From assembly GCA_964571525.1 (NCBI GenBank), contig CAZNBY010000007.1, forward strand, positions 13,942 through 77,941: a DNA stretch of 64,000 bases. The letters are read 5' to 3'. The notes beneath the pieces are model-generated. The model was not told where the DNA came from. It ran no database searches and saw nothing but the letters and a program-made list of their open reading frames with translations. Below are positions 58,736 through 64,000 of this stretch, one piece after another; position 1 is the first letter of the stretch, and the number at the start of each line of letters is the position of its first letter. The position numbers and the translations under genes were made by a program. This stretch comes from an uncultured Planctomycetota bacterium (lineage in GTDB: Bacteria > Planctomycetota > B143-G9).

Positions 58736-59889
58736 TGAGAACAGCAATTACATCGTTTATAGTATTATGCATTTGCATATTTTTCACGAGTGCTGCTTGT
58801 GCCGAAAGTAATGCCACAGGAGCTTTCGATGCAAAAAACCACTACGACAATGGGCGGTATGTTGAAGCGATATCCATATGCGAAAAGGTGCTTCTGGAGC
58901 AACCAGAAAGTACTGATGCTCGCCGAATTCTTGCGCATTCTCTATTCAGATTAGGCCGGGTGGATGAGTCTCTCCAACAGCTATTTACCTTAATCAAACG
59001 CGGATGTGTAACACAGGACATTGCAGAGCGTATCGTGCAGATCTGTAGAGGCAAGGAGGACTATCATGGTATGCTTTTTGCCCTGTATCTTTTGAATGTG
59101 TTTGTTCCTGATAACTACGATGTGAGACTCTGTTATGCCGATACGCTTGCCTTGATCGGGGACTGCGAACGGGCTATTAGCGAGTACAACTCCTTGATCG
59201 CAATACACGGCGATAATGCGGATCTTTATGTTCGTTTGGGAGGACTGCTGTTAAAGAAGAAAAACTACGAAGGAGCTGTAAAGGCACTCTGTACTTCCTA
59301 TTACTTAGCAGGCACAAGCGCGAATATCGAGAGGGCGATCATTGAGCTACATCTTTTCCTTGAGGATTATCAAAATGCACTGCGTTGGTGTGACATCGCA
59401 TTGCGTGGTGCGAACGCAGGAAACAACGAGATCGAGCTTGCTCGCGCTGAGACTCTAATCAGTTTGGCCCTATATGAGGAAGCGGCTGTGGCACTATTGA
59501 AGTTGTCTAAATCAGATATGCCGATAGTCAAGCAGAAATCGTTTAACCTGTTAGGAAGACTTGAGTATGCGAACGGAAGACTCGATTCCGCCGCTTCGTA
59601 TTGGGTGCAATATGTTGATGCAGGGGGAGGGGAGCATGAGATACTCCGGTTTCTGCTAAACTACTTCTATCAGCATTGCGATTATGCGAAGGCGCTGAAG
59701 TTCATTGCGTCATTAAACGGTTTCGTTGCGGAAGATGAGATGATTGTAAAAATCAGATTCTCCTGCCTATTACATCTTGGAGACCAAGAGGGTGCCCGAG
59801 GAGCCGCAATTAGCTACATTGCCCAAAAGGGTCTTGACAATACTGCAAAAGACATGGTAAAGCAAGTCATCCAAGCTTCTCAGAAATAA
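58732..59889 (+). CDS. TPR-repeat protein (TtpD-like position at the end of the TonB cluster)
   Basis: Signal peptide. Multiple TPR-like helices. Start overlaps the tonB stop. Confidence 0.6.
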   Translation: MMRTAITSFIVLCICIFFTSAACAESNATGAFDAKNHYDNGRYVEAISICEKVLLEQPESTDARRILAHSLFRLGRVDESLQQLFTLIKRGCVTQDIAERIVQICRGKEDYHGMLFALYLLNVFVPDNYDVRLCYADTLALIGDCERAISEYNSLIAIHGDNADLYVRLGGLLLKKKNYEGAVKALCTSYYLAGTSANIERAIIELHLFLEDYQNALRWCDIALRGANAGNNEIELARAETLISLALYEEAAVALLKLSKSDMPIVKQKSFNLLGRLEYANGRLDSAASYWVQYVDAGGGEHEILRFLLNYFYQHCDYAKALKFIASLNGFVAEDEMIVKIRFSCLLHLGDQEGARGAAISYIAQKGLDNTAKDMVKQVIQASQK

Positions 59890-59913
59890 GCCCCCGTTTC
59901 CGGGGGCTTTTCG
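59890..59913 (+). terminator. Rho-independent terminator (bidirectional context)
   Basis: GCCCCCG-TTTC-CGGGGGC followed by TTTTCG. Identical hairpin to 47100..47117. Confidence 0.6.
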
Positions 59914-59928
59914 ATGGCTTGTATCGGG

Positions 59929-61686
59929 CTATACACCCGGGTTAATGCCGCTCGTAACTGTCGGCTTTTTGCCTAACTTAACCCTTATCTTTTTCGTCTT
60001 TCCGTCTCGCTTGACGAGCAAGCTGATGGTGTTTGTCGGGCATTTCATCGCCATAAGGTTCGTGAAGTCGTCCTGCGCCTCCATACGCTCGCCATCAATC
60101 TCTATAAGTAAGTCACCCTTCTGCACACCCGCCTTATCAGCAGGCCCATCTTTGGCGACATATTCAATCAGAAGACCTTCGATATCCTTGATCGCTTTCA
60201 CTTGAACCCCTAAGTAACCTGTCCCCGGAACCATCTCTTCGGAAGGAAACTCGACAACTACCTCAAGCTTTTCAGTGCCGCGCTGTATAAGGAGTTTTGC
60301 CTTGTTGCCTGGCTTTTCCTTCGAAAGAGCCTCGGTTAAGTCAGTGCTCGATTTCAGTGATTTACCATTATATGCCAATATTACATCATCTGCGACAATG
60401 CCTGCCTTGGCGGCTGGCGAGTCTTCATCCACCTCGAATACAAGGCAGTTTAATGCCGCCATTGTCAATTTCACTCCAAGGCTCACCTTCGTGTCAAACA
60501 GTCCTTTTGCCTCGCTTTTAACGAACTTGATCCAGTCGCTTTCGATCTCTTTAAGTGGTTTACCGAGCGTCTGTTCAAGGCTGAAGATGCCTGTATCGTC
60601 AGTTCTGTAATTCTCAATGTAGTGGAAATAGAACTTGCGCACAAGACCTTTGCGATACAGCCAGTACATCATCATCATGCTTTCAGCATAACACGCTCCA
60701 GCCCTTGCCATGAACTGAGGATGCTGATACTTCATCATCTTCTCAAGGGGCACATAAGCGGGGGTATCGAGCATGCTGTTAAGTGCCATCAAGCGGAAGC
60801 CAAGTTTTGGCCTTAACTGCGTAAGTCCATAGTAAGATGAGTTTTCGTAAAGGGTTGCAAATCCCTCAATAATCCAAATAGGATGGCTTTGTCCCAAGGC
60901 TTCCATATCCGCGAAGTGCAGGGCGTGGGTATATTCGTGAACAAGCGTGCCTTCGCCAACATTCAGGTCAACAAAGAGCGTCTTTGTTCCAGGCATAAAC
61001 ACACCGAGCACATTCATAGGAGGATAGTGCTTGTTGTACTCCTCCTTCTCGGCGGGCAACAACACAATGTTGTAAACATCGGGCTGATTCTTAAACAAGT
61101 ACTTCGAGTGATTCTTGTTCACGCGAGAGATAATCTCAAGTAGTCGCATGTACTTCGTCTCTTCTGTATCTGAGACGAAGATAATGCGCTCATCATCATA
61201 GCGAGTGACCTGATAGTGCCCCTTGAAGTACTCCTTTGCCCACTCGAAGCGCTTGTCGTTTGCGATCTTGTAGTATTTATCCTTCTTACGAAGCAGAGCT
61301 TTGAACTTTGAGGAATTGCGAATGCTCTTCAGGTCTGGGTCCTCTTCAGCCCAACTGAAGTTGATGTATCCGTTCTCAAAAGACTTCTCAAGGTATTCTA
61401 ATGCCTTCTTTTCGTCTTTTAGTAAGGCGGCACAACAAGCCGCATTATACCAACATCCAGCGTCATCGGGTCTATACTGAAGTATGGTAAGAAGGACCTG
61501 AAGGGCATCACTATAGTTCTTGGCCTGCATCAGCGTTCCAGCTTGACGCATCAACTTAGCGTAATCAGCAGCACTAAGCGAATCCTGCTTCTCCTCGCAG
61601 TTGACGAGGGTAGGGGAGTACGCAGGTATTGATATGGCGAAAATCAAAAGCAGAAGGAAAGCAAGCTTCTTCATCGTCACCCTCAT
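59929..61686 (-). CDS. Putative secreted zinc metallopeptidase (HExxH, peptidase-MA-like) with N-terminal TPR-like region and two C-terminal PDZ domains
   Basis: VHEYTHALHF (HExxH) and IIEGFATLYE. Two PDZ-like segments (…SPAAKAGIVADDVILAYNGKSL…, …GPADKAGVQKGDLLIEIDGERM…). Signal peptide MKKLAFLLLLIFAISIPA. Confidence 0.6.
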   Translation of the reverse strand: MRVTMKKLAFLLLLIFAISIPAYSPTLVNCEEKQDSLSAADYAKLMRQAGTLMQAKNYSDALQVLLTILQYRPDDAGCWYNAACCAALLKDEKKALEYLEKSFENGYINFSWAEEDPDLKSIRNSSKFKALLRKKDKYYKIANDKRFEWAKEYFKGHYQVTRYDDERIIFVSDTEETKYMRLLEIISRVNKNHSKYLFKNQPDVYNIVLLPAEKEEYNKHYPPMNVLGVFMPGTKTLFVDLNVGEGTLVHEYTHALHFADMEALGQSHPIWIIEGFATLYENSSYYGLTQLRPKLGFRLMALNSMLDTPAYVPLEKMMKYQHPQFMARAGACYAESMMMMYWLYRKGLVRKFYFHYIENYRTDDTGIFSLEQTLGKPLKEIESDWIKFVKSEAKGLFDTKVSLGVKLTMAALNCLVFEVDEDSPAAKAGIVADDVILAYNGKSLKSSTDLTEALSKEKPGNKAKLLIQRGTEKLEVVVEFPSEEMVPGTGYLGVQVKAIKDIEGLLIEYVAKDGPADKAGVQKGDLLIEIDGERMEAQDDFTNLMAMKCPTNTISLLVKRDGKTKKIRVKLGKKPTVTSGINPGV

Positions 61687-61707
61687 AGTGTTGAAGAAGT
61701 AGTATAG

Positions 61708-62649
61708 TTACTTATTGTCAGGATGTAGCTCTATATTATAGACTTCTGGAAGACAGAAAAATCGCATTTTCGGTGCAAATCCTCCCGCCATACCGATACC
61801 TTTCGAAATCACCACCTTCATGTCACCTATATCGAAGACACCGCGCGGGTACTTATATTCCATTCCGCCCGGAACAAAGAGATTGGGCGCAAACGGAAAA
61901 CAGATCTGTCCGCCGTGTGTGTGCGCGGCAAGGTATAGATCAAATCCCGCTGCCTTTGCGTTATCAACAAAATCAGGCGTGTGAGTCAGCAATATTCTGA
62001 CTGATCCTTCAGGAAAGGGAGCATATCGGCGACAGTCGGACCCGAACCACGGTATGCCTAACAGGTACACATTTGTCCCGTTCAATGTTAAATTCGTGAA
62101 TCTGTCGTCCAGTAGGGTGATGCCTGTTGCCGCGAAGAAGGCCGTGTCATCGGAAGGTGATGCGTTGCCTATCACGCCGAACTTCTGGGGACAGGATATT
62201 CTCTTAAGCTCGTTAGAAAGAGACTCAAAATCAGGTTCGGCTGCAATATCACCTCCGAACAACACAATGTCAGGCTCAAATCTGTTAACTGCATCAACAA
62301 TCTTGGAAGGTTTCATCCTGCATCTTGGCCAATCAATGTCAGCGATAAGAGAAACTCGTATCTTGTTAGTTACGCGTTCAAATCGTAGTGATGAGAGATT
62401 TGCATAGAGCGATGCCGGTTCGATGTATGACGCATAGAACATCACGCAGATAAGAAGCAGCGCGAAGCAGTGTATGAGCATTATGAACATAGCAGGGCGC
62501 CCTGCAAAAATCGAAGGGGTTTCGCCGTTCAGCTTGAGATATATACCTCGAAGCAGAAGAAACAGCGAAAGCGCTAAGAACAGCAGGATGACCATGCCTA
62601 TTGCGGCAGCGATCAGAATCTGGTTGTATTCTAACATTTCCGCCTGCAA
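61708..62649 (-). CDS. Membrane-anchored calcineurin-like metallophosphoesterase (YkuE/YaeI-like)
   Basis: Two N-terminal TM helices. GGDIAAEPD and HTHGGQ phosphoesterase motifs. Confidence 0.6.
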   Translation of the reverse strand: MQAEMLEYNQILIAAAIGMVILLFLALSLFLLLRGIYLKLNGETPSIFAGRPAMFIMLIHCFALLLICVMFYASYIEPASLYANLSSLRFERVTNKIRVSLIADIDWPRCRMKPSKIVDAVNRFEPDIVLFGGDIAAEPDFESLSNELKRISCPQKFGVIGNASPSDDTAFFAATGITLLDDRFTNLTLNGTNVYLLGIPWFGSDCRRYAPFPEGSVRILLTHTPDFVDNAKAAGFDLYLAAHTHGGQICFPFAPNLFVPGGMEYKYPRGVFDIGDMKVVISKGIGMAGGFAPKMRFFCLPEVYNIELHPDNK

Positions 62650-62830
62650 TACAGTTTAGGTGCGGAAGTGGCGCTCAATACGCCATAATCCACACATTCG
62701 CGCTTGACTAACAATCAAGAAGGATGAAGAAGCCAAACGCGATCGCTAAATAGCATACACAAAAAACATGCATTTACAAGCAAATCGTGCAAATGCGTGT
62801 ATTCCTGTGCAATTTGAAGTCTCGTCAGCC

Positions 62831-63076
62831 CTATTTCAGCGCAGCTTCGAGGGTCGAGACGACACTTTGAAAATCATCATTGACCTTTATCGGTTCTGAC
62901 ATTCCCATCACAGCGACTTGAACGAGAGTGCCGGTGTTGACTACCGCTGTGATGGCGTTTGCTCTAAGCACGATTTCAAAGCCCATGCGATCGCGAAGCT
63001 GAATGAAGCCCTTGGGAATAGCAGCCATATAACCTCCAGAAGTACGAATTATAGAGCCCTGTTGCCCCATAAACAA
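62831..63076 (-). CDS. Small hypothetical protein (81 aa), fold unassigned, possibly Roadblock/LC7-like
   Basis: Open frame between a strong terminator/tRNA and the upstream gene. ...GFEIVLRANAITAVVNTGTLVQVAVMG.... Weak similarity judgement only. Confidence 0.35.
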   Translation of the reverse strand: MFMGQQGSIIRTSGGYMAAIPKGFIQLRDRMGFEIVLRANAITAVVNTGTLVQVAVMGMSEPIKVNDDFQSVVSTLEAALK

Positions 63077-63080
63077 TAAA

Positions 63081-63110
63081 GCCCCCGCAAAGGCAGGGGC
63101 TTTTTCTGAT
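63081..63110. terminator. Bidirectional rho-independent terminator
   Basis: GCCCC(C)GC-aaag-GCAGGGGC with T-runs on both strands. It separates the tRNA from the small gene. Confidence 0.5.
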
Positions 63111-63113
63111 ATG

Positions 63114-63189
63114 TGGAGCCACCACTCGGACTTGAACCGAGGACCTGTGCTTTACGAAAGCACTGCTCTACCGACTGAGCTATGGTGGC
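63114..63189 (-). tRNA. tRNA-Thr (anticodon CGU), CCA encoded
   Basis: Reverse complement GCCACCATAGCTCAGTCGGTAGAGCAGTGCTTTCGTAAAGCACAGGTCCTCGGTTCAAGTCCGAGTGGTGGCTCCA. 7-bp acceptor stem. Anticodon loop TTCGTAA. T-loop GGTTCAAGTCC. Confidence 0.85.
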
Positions 63190-63202
63190 GTTCAAGCGAG
63201 GA

Positions 63203-63230
63203 ATTGTAGCTGTTTGGGCGTAATTGTCAA
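63203..63230 (-). promoter_or_regulatory. Consensus sigma70 promoter for the tRNA (TTGACA-16-TACAAT on the minus strand)
   Basis: Minus-strand TTGACA at 63230..63225, TACAAT at 63208..63203, about 7 nt before the tRNA 5' end. Confidence 0.5.
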
Positions 63231-63413
63231 CCCTTACGCACTGCATCATCCGTGTTCTACAGCATTCATGACGCATCGCAATGCCCGTCTATCGGGCATC
63301 GCACACAAAAATTGGCTATTTGGCGTTTTCGGTGTAAAATATCCGAGTCTTATAAAATCGTTAACACATATTGGGCGCAAATGCGCTCCGAAGCGTTTAA
63401 TAGGAGGGTTAAG

Positions 63414-64000
63414 ATGGACATACTCAGGTTCTTCCGTCGCGCGAAGTTCTCTACCGGCGAGATCACCCGCGTTCGCCAGTTTATCCGCCCGAACGGTACT
63501 ACAATGATTCTGCCTTATGACCAGTTCATCGAACACGACTGCAGACATCTTGAAGGCAAATCCGACAGTGGAAACCCGTACTATATCTGTGAGCTTGCCC
63601 GCGATGCAGGCTTTAATGGCATTGTGTTTCACTATGGCCTTTCAATGCGCTACTGGCCGAGCCTTGAAGGTTCCGTGCCGATAATCGTCAAGATCAACGG
63701 CAAGACATCGTTACCAAGCGAGGAAAATGCTTTAAGCACCCACACCTCGTTTGTCGAGGATGCTGTTCGCATAGGCGCGGCTGGCATCGGTTACACAATG
63801 TACTACGGCACCCCCGCGCAGGATCGTGACCTTCCACAGCTTGCGGAAGTTAGGAGGGAGTGCGAACGCTATGGAATGCCCCTTATTATTTGGGCGTATC
63901 CTCGTGGTTCTGCTGTGGACGCAAAGGGTGGAAAGACATCCTCTTACACCCTTGAATCCGCTGCGCGCCTTGCTGCCGAAATGGGGGCGACTATAATCAA
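63414..64000 (+). CDS. Class I fructose-bisphosphate aldolase / DhnA-type aldolase family (partial, runs off window end)
   Basis: AGGAGGG then ATG 63414. MDILRFFRR...GIVFHYGLS...IIVKINGKTS...PLIIWAYPRG resembles COG1830 aldolases. Not in the ORF track because it is unterminated. Confidence 0.7.
   Translation, partial: MDILRFFRRAKFSTGEITRVRQFIRPNGTTMILPYDQFIEHDCRHLEGKSDSGNPYYICELARDAGFNGIVFHYGLSMRYWPSLEGSVPIIVKINGKTSLPSEENALSTHTSFVEDAVRIGAAGIGYTMYYGTPAQDRDLPQLAEVRRECERYGMPLIIWAYPRGSAVDAKGGKTSSYTLESAARLAAEMGATII

Noticed and set aside
63049-63276. 75-aa minus-strand ORF
   Set aside because: Overlaps the tRNA-Thr gene and its promoter on the same strand. Spurious.
1-64000. CRISPR arrays, IS elements, integrases, phage genes
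   Set aside because: No direct-repeat/spacer periodicity, no transposase/integrase-like translations and no terminal inverted repeats were seen. The only repeated DNA is the short terminator hairpin family.

Overview
This window reads as a chromosomal segment of a Gram-negative bacterium with about 50% GC. It carries lipid A/LPS genes (LpxL-family, LptF/G-family, an LpxH-like phosphoesterase), a TonB system, a TonB-dependent receptor and pilT. Most intergenic regions end in clear rho-independent terminators. I found no transposase, integrase, CRISPR array or phage genes. There is one tRNA-Thr(CGU) with a consensus sigma70 promoter. Recognisable housekeeping genes are nadC, birA, ispH, a DhnA-type class I aldolase (partial) and a tricorn-protease homologue. 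The parts most worth a second look are: (1) a three-gene NuoE/NuoF/NuoG-like flavin-based electron-bifurcation-type module (Stn/Sfr-like) whose 1225-aa large subunit has a GltD (NADPH) domain inserted between a NuoG-like N-terminus and a degenerate molybdopterin domain, preceded by a response regulator with an unknown C-terminal domain; (2) a 1243-aa protein that joins an N-terminal MshEN/T2SSE_N (c-di-GMP-receptor type) domain, one TM helix and about 25 Sel1 repeats; (3) a TonB2-type energy-transduction cluster (DUF3450/TtpB-like, long TtpC-like ExbB, ExbB, ExbD, TonB, TPR protein) next to a TonB-dependent receptor / ABC ATPase / 936-aa FtsX-permease set, with a 13-nt inverted repeat pair in the divergent promoter region; (4) a sensor module of a sigma54 response regulator, a PAS histidine kinase and a periplasmic-binding-domain hybrid kinase split by a single in-frame TAA; (5) three paralogous secreted HEAT-repeat proteins interleaved with LPS genes; (6) a DUF2157/DUF4401-like membrane protein plus a variant GDYXXLXY protein behind a perfect TTGACA-17-TATAAT promoter; (7) AT-rich (about 30-38% GC) coding islands for beta-propeller-like proteins, one with a frameshift at a T5 run; (8) a divergent RNase HII-like gene translationally coupled to ispH. 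All calls come from reading the sequence and translations by eye; no database search was possible.
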